Shown here in pieces: positions 29,941 through 44,301 of a stretch of 64,000 nt of DNA. Position numbers and translations under genes: made by a program. The DNA is from the human T2T-CHM13v2.0 reference genome, Homo sapiens. The DNA is taken from assembly GCF_009914755.1 (NCBI RefSeq), contig NC_060926.1, one strand, 5' to 3'. Within the stretch, counting starts at the first letter, position 1, and each line of letters opens with the position of its first letter. Below the pieces are notes generated by a model that was not told the DNA's origin, ran no database searches, and worked only from the letters and a program-made list of their open reading frames with translations.

Positions 29941-31015
29941 GTTCATATATCAGACATTTTTGAAAAAAATGAAACTGAATATGTAATAAATACTCAGCAA
30001 ACAAGTGTTGTTAACGTTATCACTATTCACTTGTAAAAAATTCTAATAGTATTTCAAGGCCCATTTGATGTTCTTTTCCCAGTCTGAAAGTTTTTCCTTA
30101 TTCCCTAAACTGGGTATAATCTTTTTTGAGCTCCCATAGTTTATCTGCAATTCTTTTATGGGCCTTATCCAGTTTTATATTATAGTTACATATGACCCTG
30201 TGCTATCTTCTATTAAAGCTGAACACTCCTCCAAGGGAGAAACTGTCTTGCTCATTTTGCAGCACTTAATATTGAAGAAATAAGGGAAAGACATTAAAAA
30301 GTTTGCTAAATTAGATCTTACGAAACCTTCATTTTAATTTGGTGCATAAAAAAGCATACATATTTCTATAAAATTTATTCAAGAAATTTTGAAGAAAAAA
30401 ATAAAATTTCCTAGAGACTATAGAATGTTAAAGCCTTTTGGGAACAGATGTGCTCATTCATATACACAGTAATATAACACAGGAAATAGAAGAATCTATC
30501 TAAATGATATTAGAAGCCATAATGTATTATTTTTTATTTCATTTCATACTTTGGGTGTTAAAAAGGAAGAGTAAAACACAATGGGTAACTTATTTTCCTT
30601 TTTGGTAAGAACTGGGTTTTCATTTTCAGACTAAAATCAGTTCTAGAAATCAACACATAAAGACTCTGTTGTTACTGCCCTTCATAACCCTTTACTCCTA
30701 TCTCTCCCTGAGGCCCTGAGTACCTAGGAGAGAACCTTCGTTTTCATGGTTCTTTATGAATTTCTTGGTCCAAAAGCACAGTTTGCTTAAGACATTAAAA
30801 AACTAGCTATCAACAAATTTCATTACTAAAGCTAATAGGAAAATTAATAATAAGATATTATATTAAATTTGTTAAAGTAGTGCCAAATTTTAAATTTTGA
30901 TATATTCTTAAAGCTCTCAGGGGTCAAAAAGTTCTAGCAATTCATATATATATATACACACATATATATATACACACATAGGTTCAGGTCAATGCCCTGG
31001 GGGTAGGGACCTCTG

Positions 31016-31190
31016 ACTTATAATACCTAATAAAATGTAAGTGCTATGAAAATAGTTGTTATACTGTACTTTTTAGTTGTATTTATTGTTGTATTGTTAT
31101 TTTTTATTATATTTGTTTTCCAAATATTTTTGATCCATGCTTGGTTCAATCCTCAGATGCAGATTCCATGGATACAGAAGGCCAACTGTA
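31016..31190 (+). mobile_element. Tigger2/MER8-like terminal fragment
   Basis: taatacctaata...aatagttgttatactgta...ccatggatacagaaggccaactg|ta. Confidence 0.7.
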
Positions 31191-31243
31191 CTCGAGAAAC
31201 AAAGGCAGAAACGACAGGATCCTAACCGGCATGTAGAGAGTGA

Positions 31244-31636
<393 letters not shown>

Positions 31637-31885
31637 TAAGTTTGAAGAATTTTAGTTAATATGTCTAATAAGCAGTTGAAAATTTAAATTGGCTCACAGA
31701 GAAAGGTACTGAATTGGCAACAGATCTTTCCCCCTCCTTTTTCTCTTTCCACTAGACCAAGTCAGGATGCCAGTAGAAATAATAAAAATAGCTTCCAATT
31801 CTTGAGTACCTACTTTATGCTTGACATCGTGCTGAGAACTTTATATATTATCTCTATTCCTTTCAACAACCTTACCAGGAAGATA

Positions 31886-32066
31886 CAGGTTGAGCATTCC
31901 TAATCTGAAAATCTGAAATCCAAAATGCTACAACACCTGAAACTTTTCAAGTGCTAACACAACTCTCAAAGGAAATGCTCTTCCAAGTATAATGCAAATA
32001 TTCCACGATCTGAAAAAATCTGAAATCCAAAACACCTTTTGCCCCAAGCATTTTGGATAAGGGATT
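31886..32066 (+). mobile_element. Tigger4a/Zombi-type MITE next to a MIR
   Basis: caggttgagcattcctaatctgaaaatctgaaatcc...ccaagcattttggataagggat. Confidence 0.8.
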
Positions 32067-32424
32067 TAATAAGTCCCGGTGAGGCTTGTTCTCAGAACCT
32101 TGAGATTAAGTAAACTGAGTCAACTGTCCAAGGCAAAAGAGCTACCAATTAGTGGGGGAGGCATCTGAATAAAGTTTTCTTCTTATTAAAGACTCTATTA
32201 TACTACCTTAGCTTTAACTTGAATGACCACCTATGTCAAGTTCATTCTGGAAAGGGAAAAACAACAAAATTAATGGAGCTCTCAGACTGAGAAAATAGGG
32301 AATAAGTCTAGGAATATGTGGTTTCAAAAAGTACAAATTTAATAGTGATACGAAAGAGCTGGAGAAAAAGAAGTGGAGTTATAGTTTAAAGACCCTTTAA
32401 ACCAGAAGGAGCCTTGGAAATGGC

Positions 32425-32592
32425 ATAGTACTTTTATAAGTAAAGTGTGGTCCATGGCCTATAGCAGTAGCACACCCAGAAGCCTGCTAAAAATGAAGAA
32501 TCTCAAGCCCCAGCCATACTTACTGAATTAGCATATGCATTATAATATGATCCTTAGGTAATTTGTATAATACATTAATGAAAAACACTGGT
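32425..32592. mobile_element. MER5A-like hAT fossil
   Basis: aaagtgtggtcc...aaatgaagaatctcaagcccca...tactgaattag. Confidence 0.65.
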
Positions 32593-35500
32593 CTGATACC
32601 ATTACAATAGATGAAGACACTAACCAGGTTAAAAAAACAGTTTGCAAAGCTAGAACTCAGGCCTCTTTATTTCTTGGTCTAGAATTCCTATGTCTTCATC
32701 ATGTGCCCTCCAGACAAATACATCACTTCGAATTTCACTAACCTGAGGTCTGTGCCATAAACATTTAGAACTTAAAATGAGTTTCCATCAAATTAGCACT
32801 AAACATTGTTATTTGTTACCATTTCATTTGGAATTTTAAGTACCCCCATGAGTTTTCTTCAATCATTTGTTTTAACATCACTAAATGAAACATAAACATG
32901 CTATCCCTGACTACAAAGAATTCTTAAGCTCATACAGTGAGTTTCAACCCTGAGCACTCAATGTGAAGAGACAGTATAGATAGAAGAGAGAGACTTTCTA
33001 TAGGCAAATTATTTAAAGTCATAGAATCCTGGAGCTGGAAGAGACCCAATATAGCTGAGATGACAAAGAGATTTCATCAGAATGGCAATTATATATATAG
33101 TTTCTGACAGTGCTGTATAAAAAAGTTACCTGAAACTGGTTTGGGATACAGATACCGATACAGATACAGCTACTAGCTGTATCTGCCATGGGTTGGTTCC
33201 AAAGAGGGTGTGAGTGATGGAGTTACTGACCTTGTAAAGATAAGGAAACTCAAGCTCAAAGAGGTTAAATGAAATATATAAGGTCACATATTGAGAAGAT
33301 AAACCAGAACTCCAGGTCCCCTAACTTCTGATATAGTGGTTTTTATCCTGTATCATATTGCCTCTCCTCTCTATTTATTCAATAAAAAATACAAAATCCT
33401 TTTCATGTAATAGATAATAAAAACCAAACCAATTAGAAATTAACTGGGAATAAACACCTCAGATGGTTTTATGGGCATTATAGGATTTATAATCCTATAA
33501 TAAGGACATACATGGAAGTATGTTAAAAGATTTAAAATGAAGCCCACAACCTATAGATTTTATCATTGTGAGCAATGAATGATCTCTGACTCAGACTGCT
33601 TTCTGACATTCTTACTTCATGTAGAGTTTTTCCATATGACAATTCTTCTTTAGAGTTTATCCATGATGACTCAGGGTACCTAGATGGTATGAAGGAGCCT
33701 TCAATTTAAGGAGTAGGAGGAAAATGAGGGGGCCTACTGAATCATTAGCAGCCTACTCAGTTCTGAAACTCAGCAAATCCTTTTGGAAGCCATTTTAAAG
33801 TCAGCTTTAGGAGACAAATTCTGGCTAAAGCCTTAAAGACTGGTCCTTAAGAGCTGAACTATATGCAACTAAATCAACACGTTATTTCTAAAAGAGACAC
33901 AACCAAAAGGCTTTAGCAAAATCTGATCTTCTTTTTGTTGAATAAATGTCAGTGATGAATTTTTAAAAATGTCTGCTCTCAATGAAGTTACAGATCTGCT
34001 CAAAGTTTAAGAGCCCCTCCTCAAAATTCATCCTAGTTCCTTTGGAGAACAGACAGGGCTAGTTCAGAAACTGAATCATCCTATTTTAAATGAAAGTAAC
34101 AGTAAAGCAGTAAGTATATTTAAAAAGCTTTTTGATACATAAGGTATGTCTATAGGACCGGTTTCTAATTAGAAGCAGCCGCTACTTTACAAAAGATACG
34201 TATTTAACACATTTTCTCATGAATGATAAACTTAGTTTTGTAATTTGGATGTTTTGATCCTTTGATGGTAAATTTAAAGAATGACAGTGAGAACAATTCA
34301 AAGAAAAATCCATCATGCTAACTGTAGTCTAAATTAAAGCCAATCAGCTTTTAGTGCTTCCAGTACATGCAGTTCATTAAATCTGAAATAAACCCAGAGG
34401 AACATGAAATACTACGGATAGTATCTGCCAAGAACCAGGAATTCAACATTAAAGTTTTGAAAAACCAACAAAGCACTTTCAATTGTTTTCACTTATTGTT
34501 AAAAAATAAAATTAAACTGTGCCTTCTAAAGATTAAGCCAAATGATATGTTGAGCACTACAATGAGTTACTAGAAAAATATCAGGGCCAGTCACTTCATA
34601 ATTCATTCTTGTGGAAGGAAGAAGTTATAACCTTCTTTACCACATTACTTATCTTTTTATCTTTTCCTCTTGACTGTCAAAGAGATGCTCAACAGAAGTA
34701 CAGTTTTCCCCTAAGGTCATATATGGTTAGTATTACAGTAATGATGAGGTCCCCAATTGTTTGACATTTTTAGAAAAGACAACAAACATCAAGAGCTGAA
34801 AATAGTTTTTGAAATTCCACTAGGCTGTTAATTTTACTATCAAACTTTGCTAGTTTAGGTATGTAGGTTCTGGATGGATGCAGGATTAACTCAATGAGTT
34901 TGAGTTTAAACTCAAACTGTTTCCTACTGTTTCCTACATTATTGAGTTAAAAAAGTATTGCATCCTACAGGTCATGTAGTTATCTCTTAGTGTCTGATGA
35001 GAGATCTCCACCAAGGCACACACCAGAAATAGGCAAGGAAAGTTTAAAAAGATTAAGTATGGCACAAATAGGAAAAGTATTGTACTTGCCATCCACAGGT
35101 TACTACTTTATAACCTTAATTCATTCCAAGTCTACTTTATAAGTATAAAAATGGCAGACAAACATAGAAAACGCTGTTGAAGAGCAATAGGCATGACTAA
35201 AGCTGGCAAAGGATGATAAAGAGAGCTATTGGCAGAGTAATGAATAGATGAAAGTGAGACAGGCAGGAAATTACAAGTATCTTGCAATGCACAAGCTGAG
35301 AAGAATAACCTTGAACCTGTTGCTGTAAAAATCTACAAAGCTTAATAGATTGAATTTTCAAATAATCTCTCAATTATTGTTACTCATTATTATTTCCAAA
35401 ATTAAGTATAGATTTTATCATGGTCATAAGGTTTAAGTCAACATGAAATGTAAGATGCACTTTTGCAAAGCAATAACTTCTCTTCAAATGCAAGGTGTAT

Positions 35501-36263
35501 TATTACTTCTATTCTCTACTTAATTTACACATCTGAGCCTTAGCTCATTAGGTCATAGACACTTAAGCACATCCAAGTTCAGAGAATTATCCATACTTAT
35601 ATTTACTATTTTGTGAGATCCAATTTCTTCCTTTCCTTCCTTCTCTTGCTGCCTTCCCTCTCTTTCTCTTCCGTCAGAAGTTATTCATTTATTCCACAAA
35701 AATGGAAATGAAAAACAGATTCATGATCTTACCAGCAAATCAACAGCCTGAATGAAAGCTTTCTAAAATAAGTTACACTTCAGTATGGTCATCATCATAG
35801 AAGTTCAAAGATCTTTATGAAAAACCACTGCCACTTTTTTTTTTTAGATGAATCAAAGGTTTTAAAAGACTTTCAGAGTTAATGGAAAGCCCAGGAATTA
35901 AATATGGGCTCAGTTGTTCCATGTTAACAAACTAGTGTTTAAAATACGTTAAATAATCTAGTCTAGCAGCTCAGCCCTGATAGTATGTGCAGTATATGGT
36001 AAGAGAGTCTGGCTATCTATACATACACATGCATACATACATCTACACACACTAAAGGGACAAAAACTCTGAGTGAATTAAAGAACTAGATTCCTAACAA
36101 TTTACTGAAAAATGTTTAAAATAGGAAGCTTTGTTAAAGTATTCCTTACACAGTTATATACTTATATTCTTAGTGGTCACTATGTAATTAACTACATAAT
36201 AAAAGTTCATAAGTTCTACTTCATGGCATTACATTTTAAATGATTGGTTAAAAATACAAATGA

Positions 36264-36619
<356 letters not shown>

Positions 36620-37734
36620 TTACTCAATATTATCAGGAGAGTAAAAATCACTGAAATGTTTAGTTTCTCAGGTTGGAAAAACTGTACCTCTAAAGAATGA
36701 ACTAGTATAGTAATTGTTCAAAATTAGTAATCCTACATGTATATTGTCCTGAGAGTAGATTTTTACAATCCATATTTATTGAGGTTTTTGGGGGCATTTA
36801 AACATTTAGATGAGATCCAATTTTTCCTATGCCTTTTTTAATAAAAACAGTTCTTATGGTAAATCAGAATGTTCTCAAAACAACTACTAATCTGAGAAAT
36901 GAAGCATGAATATAAGAAGACTTAAGAACCAGATTCATCTCTTAACACTAACATGTGTTAGTCTTTTAGTTCCTTCCCCAAGTGTATGCCATAGCGACAA
37001 GACTTAAACAATTTCACTGTGTTTTAAATACCATCCCTTTAGTCTTGAATGCAGAATATAAATGAAATTTACCTGAAATTACTGTTTTGATACTTAGTAT
37101 TAAGAATTGTATATGATCTTGTATGTGTGTGTGTGTGTGCGCATTTTGTGAGACCTTAAAATATCCAAATTAGTATGGTGCCTTCCATACTAGTCACTCT
37201 CAGAGGTTATATACCCTTATTCCAAATGATGCTACAATTATCCACAACATTATTAAAATTCCTTTTTAGTCTATGGGTGGATCTGACTTTTACAAACAAT
37301 AACTGCCTTCTCAGACTGGATCTGATTTTTAGAAATAGCCTCAAGTTACTTCCCATTTTCTTTCTGTCAAGATCCTCTGTGAGTCATATCTGATAAATAA
37401 CATGAAATATCACGTGGCCAATCACCCCTTTTTTCCTTAAAAACAAGGAGCAAATACAAAGTAATGAGCTATTTTCACGTGTGGCTCTTAAACTGGCTTA
37501 GACGACAAAAAAAATTTTTTTTTCTAAAAATATTGAGTAATGCTAGTATTGTTAAGTGTATAGCTTCCATGGTGACTACTCTAAAGTATAAGACTTATTT
37601 TAGATAAGTGTATAAAATATTTTTCCTTTAAAGATGGATAACCAGCCCTACACAATTTAGTCTTCTCTAACCTTCCTTTCCCATGCTGATGCTGATTTTA
37701 TGTACTCACGCTCACCCTGATCTAGTTACGCTAG

Positions 37735-37876
37735 TTTTTTTTGTTTTGTTTTGTTTTTTTTAGACAGGATCTGGTTATGCTGCTCAGACTGGTCTGGAAC
37801 TCCTGGGCTCAAATGATCCTCCCACCTCAGCTTCTTGAGTAGCTGGCACTACAGGTGCAAGCCACTATGCCTGGCT
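37735..37876 (-). mobile_element. Alu monomer (FLAM-like)
   Basis: ctggtctggaactcctgggctcaaatgatcctcccacctcag. Confidence 0.85.
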
Positions 37877-38085
37877 CACACCCTTGTCTTCTTGTAGTTT
37901 CTTGCAGTTGTAGGCACGCTCCCATCTCAGGGCCACTGCACTTACTATTCCCTCTGTGTATAATGTCTTGCTCCAAGGAGACCTGCAAGGCTTGCTGTGC
38001 TACCTCCTTCAGGTCATTACTCACTTTAACTATTTATCATCTTCTCAATGAAGTCTTTTCTCACTACCCTTTAAAACTGCATCTT

Positions 38086-38400
38086 GGCCAGGTGTGGTGG
38101 CTCCCACCTGTAATCCCAGCACTTTGGGAGGCGGAGGTAGGTGATCACCTGAGGTCAGGAGTTTCAGACCGGTCCGGCCAACATGGTGAAACCCTGTCTC
38201 TACTAAAAATACAAAACTCTACTGGGCGTGGTGGCGTGTGCCTGTAATCCCAGCTACTCAGGAGGCTGAGGTAGGAGAACCACTTGAACCCAGGAAACAG
38301 AATTTGCAGTGACCTGAGATCGCCCCACTGCACTCCAGCCTGGGTGATGAGAGCAGAACTCCATCTCAAAAACAAAAAACAAGAAACAAAAAGCAAAAAA
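38086..38400 (+). mobile_element. Alu (S-type) inserted in an L2-like remnant
   Basis: Alu consensus, TSD aaaactgcatc. Confidence 0.95.
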
Positions 38401-38484
38401 CTGCATCCTCCTCCAAACCTCATACACATATCCCATTTATTCTCCCTTCCCCTTCCCTGCTTTATTTTCCTGTTTGTGTGTAAA

Positions 38485-39234
<750 letters not shown>

Positions 39235-40425
39235 ATTTTTCTTAAAACGCAATGTATTTTATTTATTTTATGGTTTGTGTCTTATTACTAGAATGTAAAC
39301 ACCATGAAAGCAGAGATTTTAGTCTATGAGGTATCAGCATCTAGACCTGTGACATGTAAACGGCATCAATAAACACTGAATGTATTTGGCATCCATGCCA
39401 AAAGTCCACCGCTCACCAACAGCAGAAATTGCTAATCACAGTACTCTTTCCTGCTAAGTTTGAACAAGGACTCCCAGTTTTCTAAACACAGCACTCTAGG
39501 CAGCCACCACTAAACAATCAGATTTGGTACCCCAAATGAAATTTATTTGCTGTCCCTGCTTTAGCCCCCTTCAAAAGTGTACTATCCCTAAAACAGATTT
39601 CATTGCACCTTGTATGTTGAAATTTTAGCATGATAAATTACTGACTGTGTTTCTTGTCAACTACATTTAAACATTTCTTAGCTTATTTTAGACAGCTTAG
39701 GGGAAAAAGAAAACTGTAGCCAAAAAAATAATAGAAAAAGAAACTGCAGAAGATGGTGGGAAACCGCGGGTATTACATATTTTTAGAATTAGCAACATCC
39801 CAAGAGGCTCATTATAAAATAAAAATTAGCAACAAATTTTCTGAAAAGGAAGTAAATTACATGTGTGTTGAATTAATTTTTTTAAAAACTACATGAAGAT
39901 TAACTGGAGGATGAAGACAGATGTCAGGATTTTCCCATTTATAGGCATCAGCAACACATTCTATTTTTCTGCAACTGGTATTTTGAGGTGTAAAGGTATT
40001 ACAGGGGCGATACAAGAGTACTATGTAGAACCCCATTTCTCTGAAGTGGAGTTTATGTGGCAAAAAGAATCTAAAACATCTAGTACAACATTCCGAAAAA
40101 TTGTCAATTCTTCTTAAGAGTCATTTACAATTCATTTCTGTTAAACTACCAGATGAAGCTCTCTTTCTCTAGGCTTATTTCTGAAGGTAGGTAAGCTAAC
40201 TGAAAGACTCCAATCAGATGTTTATGTTTTGATTACTTTTTTCTATCAAAAAAGAAAAAAATTAGAAATTCCCTGACATCCATTCAAGAAACACTGTGCT
40301 TTCTCTTTATTACCTGTAAATTCATTAAACAACAAAAAGTATTTAGGACCTACTAAACATAGTATGTTAGGCAGTTATTTTCAGCCTTTGAAGGAAAAAT
40401 AGAAGTGATCTACTCAAGACAACAT

Positions 40426-40427
<2 letters not shown>

Positions 40428-40458
<31 letters not shown>
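40428..40458 (+). repeat. A31 mononucleotide run
   Basis: Read directly; no adjacent Alu body. Confidence 0.95.
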
Positions 40459-40461
<3 letters not shown>

Positions 40462-43400
40462 AGGGGCAGAACTTGAAATCATATCCAGATCTTTCAATGA
40501 CCAATAATTCTTGTCTTGAGGTTCCCACACATTAGTCTAGGGAAATATTCTATGGCACAGGTCACACTTAAAACTAAGAAAATATAATAAGCACTTCCCC
40601 TCCCCCACTACCACAAGTGTAAAAAAATCTCCAAGAACCCAAATCCCTTGAAAGAATGACTTCTATTTACTTTGCCTGTGTAATATATTCAGAGGGAATC
40701 TGGAAAAGATGGCTAGAAATCTATAAACAGAAAGTGCTAAGTGGAATTCACTGTTTATAGACTTCAACTAGAATTTTGTCCCTTATATATAAATGCTGCC
40801 AACAATCTTTACATTGTATTATTTAAAAACATCTTCATCAGGTTTTCTTCACTTTGCTGATTTTCTTCCTTTTCTCACTGGCTTTTAAATCTGCTTTACT
40901 GTCCTCAAAGACATAAATGTAACTTTTGGAATAACATGTTTCCCGCCCCCACCCCAAAGGAGCTCCTAAAGCCACCTCAGTGCCATCATATATTAGTCAT
41001 TATGAAATTTTAATATTTACAGTTAAATATATCTGTATAATAAAATAATCCAAAAAGCCTTTCTAACCTAATAAATACTAGGATAGGTCTACATTGATGT
41101 ATTACGGTAAAATGTGTATGTATATATTAGTTTTCAATTCTAAGTCTTTGGCTTAAAATCTTTATCAGCTATAGAAGCTTCTGCCTAAAAACATTAGTTG
41201 TCCACGAAGCATAATGACTATCTACAGTCCTTACCACCTGACCTACTAGAAAACCATAATACATCATATTCTGAAATGATAGAACTCTTAAAATACAAAA
41301 GTGACATTCTGACAACCCAGAAGAGGCTGAACTTAAATCAAATGGAAACATCCTTTGGCTTCCCCTTTGAAACTTGCCTCAGTGGCATTTGGCAGTACTA
41401 GACTAACTTCCTACCCCGTACTTTTCAGTCATTTCCTTTAAGGGGTCTCAAAGAAATTATGAAACCTGCAAAGCCAGACTTTGCCAGTCAACACTAACTT
41501 CTGCCTGTGGATTCCAGTGACTGAGCCAAGACAGTGTTAGTAGCTTCCTTGAAGTACAAATGTTCCTGGTAAATCTGGCTTGAAAATACCACAGAAAAAG
41601 TTCAACATAACCAACTGTAAGAACATTTAAATGCCAATCTTAAGGAAAGAATGGATTCCCTCCCCCTACAAATTCCACTGAGGCAAATTTCCAGCTTACT
41701 TTTTAGAAGCAAATAAATACTACTACTATTACATTACAGCACTTCTACCATGCTAATAAAAAGCTAGGTGATAGTTTCCTCTTTAAAACCTGTACATTCA
41801 CTACATGAGACACTATAACCACTTCACTACATGCAACTTTCCATACATATAACTGTTCTACTTTCCAATTATTTATTTTAAACTCAAGATCTCTTTTAAC
41901 ATACTATAGAAAGGGAACAGGTTAGAAGGCTTTGGGAAAAAAAATAAAATAACGAACATCTCACTTTCATTTTCTGATGCAACCACCAAAATCTAAAATG
42001 TAAGGACAACTATATAGTACAAAATTAAATTTAAGAGAATTTAGAGTAAGTGAAACTATTCACTATTACTACAGTTCTGATTATTATTTACCTGAGGAAA
42101 GAGCTAGTAGAAGTGATGCTTGGTTTAAATTTTTGGTGCTTTCCAGTATGGTACCGAAGAAATAAAAACTCACAAAATAAATAAGGTCCTCAGAGTTAAA
42201 GACTTTTCCCCAGAAGAGGTTGTTGGTATAAATAAAAAAAACAAGGAATTCATATGCTGTATTTGTACACTAAGAACAATGTTTTGAGACATGTAAATCT
42301 TATCACTCAGAAAATATTTTGTTGGCTATAAAGAAAACGCATCGTAAACTGAAACAGAACTGAATAAAGTGAACCTTTACCACAATTAAAATATTTTAAA
42401 TTCACCCTATTATGAAAACTTAATAATAAATTCATTTATCCTTAAGTGTAAGAGTAATACATATTCGACACAGTAAAGGACAATGCCATTTCTGAAACAA
42501 AAGATCATGTGCAATGAAAACAAAGTAACATTTTGCAGAGTAAGAAAAAGTAAAGAGCCTGTGAACCGAAACAGATGACCTTTTCTTATATATAAAGCTT
42601 CAGTTTTTAGCACAACCAGCACCTTATGAATAAAGTTCTCAATAACATTTGTTGATATACTGTTTGATGACTAAACGACAGGAATATTGTTGGTGCTGTT
42701 AAAACCAAGGCACATTTCCTTGTGTGTAGTGATTAAAATCTGTTAAATGTACATTTTTAAAAAACCTCTGCCCTCTGTCCCCTTCTTGCTCTCTTGCCTC
42801 TAACAGACCTGCACGTACAAAAATAAAAGTAGATGGTGACGTGAGTTTATGATTTACATTAATTTCCCTACTCGGAGCATTTTTCACTAAGTCTTTAGAG
42901 GTTTTAAGATTCAAACACTATGTAAGAAGAATTATGGTTTGAACTACGTAACAATTACCTAGACATCTTTTGGACTTCAGTTAACCTGTAAGTAAAATGA
43001 GCATCTTTAACTTTTCCACGGGGCTTTGGAGAACGGGTTCTTCCTCATAAACGCTTTCATATACTCAGACACGAGGCGCGGTAGAAGATCAAACGTATCC
43101 ATCAATTTGAGAGCTTTTCACGACCTCAGTTTACCCACTTAGGGAAACGGGCGTATTAACTTGTTTCCTAGGGGACCCGGGGGTGAAATTAATTAGCGTG
43201 TTTAAAATGCTCTGAGATCCAAAGATGAAAGGAAATGTGAAAGACGCGCAGAGATGATGACAACAATCATAACAATAAAAAGAATGACTAACTTGAAGTC
43301 TGCGTTATGTAAGGGAGGAAAAGAAGTTATCAGATCCGCACAAACAAAAGGGAAACCCACCGCCCCTTTTGTTTCTCCCATTTCCCTCTCCTCCCCGCCA

Positions 43401-43722
43401 CCCGCAGAGCTCCCCTCTCGCAGCCGGAGCGCGCGGCCAGCCAGGCGCGGGGCTCGGAGTTGGCCGCCGCGCGCCCCGCTCCCGGGCGGAGGGGGAGGCC
43501 GCGTAGGGCCGGTTCCTGACAAAGGCGCTTCCTCGAGCCAGGGCGCGGGATGCAGGCGCCGCAAACTCCGCTCCCCGCCGCAGCGGGGGCGCGCAGGCGG
43601 GCGGGGAGAGCCGGCTGGCTGGCCGCCGGGGAAGCCGCCGAGGAAGTTGCGCGCCCGCCCTCCCCGCGCCCCTCGGCGGCCCCGCCGCCATCCATCCCGC
43701 GGCGCCCCGCGGTCACACTTAC

Positions 43723-44062
43723 CGGACAATTGCTGGTGGCCGGGATCCCAGAGCGGCCCCCGAGACCCGAGGCGAGAGGGTGAAGTGTTGTGCGCGGGGA
43801 GCGCGAGCAGACAGCCCGCCGTTCCGCCGCTGCCCTCCGCGCCCGCCAGCCGAGCCCAGCGAGGGGAAGTTGACCACGGAGCCGAGCGCTGAGGAGCCGC
43901 GGACGCAGGGAGAGGCGTTGGGGCTGCTTTGTGGTGCGCTCCCGGAGGGCTGGGGACCAATTCGACCGCACCGCGGGACTAGGGCTGCTGCCGCTGCTGC
44001 TAGTGGAGGCGGCGGCGGCGCCCCCCGACGGTCCCTCCGCCTCACACCGCCTCTGGGTCACT
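43723..44062 (-). other. PELI1: PELI1 non-coding exon 1 (5' end inferred)
   Basis: Consensus donor CCG|gtaagt at 43723/43722 inside the CpG island; Inr-like TCAGT with A at 44062 just downstream of a GC box. Confidence 0.8.
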
Positions 44063-44098
44063 GACATACACTCGCAAGGAGGGGAGGGGTCTAGCCGG

Positions 44099-44108
44099 GG
44101 GGCGGGGC
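44099..44108 (+). promoter_or_regulatory. GC box (Sp1/KLF)
   Basis: GGGGCGGGGC about 40 bp upstream of the inferred TSS. Confidence 0.75.
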
Positions 44109-44170
44109 CTGAGGGAGGGGACGGGGCAGGGCCACAGCGGAAGGCGGTGTCGCCGCACCGAGAAGGCTCT

Positions 44171-44183
44171 TGGGAATTGTAGT
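44171..44183 (-). promoter_or_regulatory. ZNF143/THAP11-type promoter motif
   Basis: Minus strand reads ACTACAATTCCCA, an exact ACTACAnnTCCCA match. Confidence 0.8.
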
Positions 44184-44287
44184 TCTCCGGTTGAAGAAAA
44201 AAGGGATTCATTGTTGTCCAGCACCCTACCAGGCTCGCTCTGCACTGAGCATGCTCGAGGGCGAGGTTTGGACCGCCCCCTCCCACC

Positions 44288-44301
44288 GTTACCATGGTCA
44301 C
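44288..44301. promoter_or_regulatory. RFX X-box-like site
   Basis: GTTACCATGGTCAC vs GTTRCCATGGYAAC, one mismatch. Confidence 0.6.

Noticed and set aside
40428-40458. Orphan A31 as a retrocopy tail
   Set aside because: No TSD or recognisable body upstream; treated as a simple repeat
40720-40761. 11-bp inverted repeat as a pre-miRNA
   Set aside because: Stem too short for a miRNA hairpin
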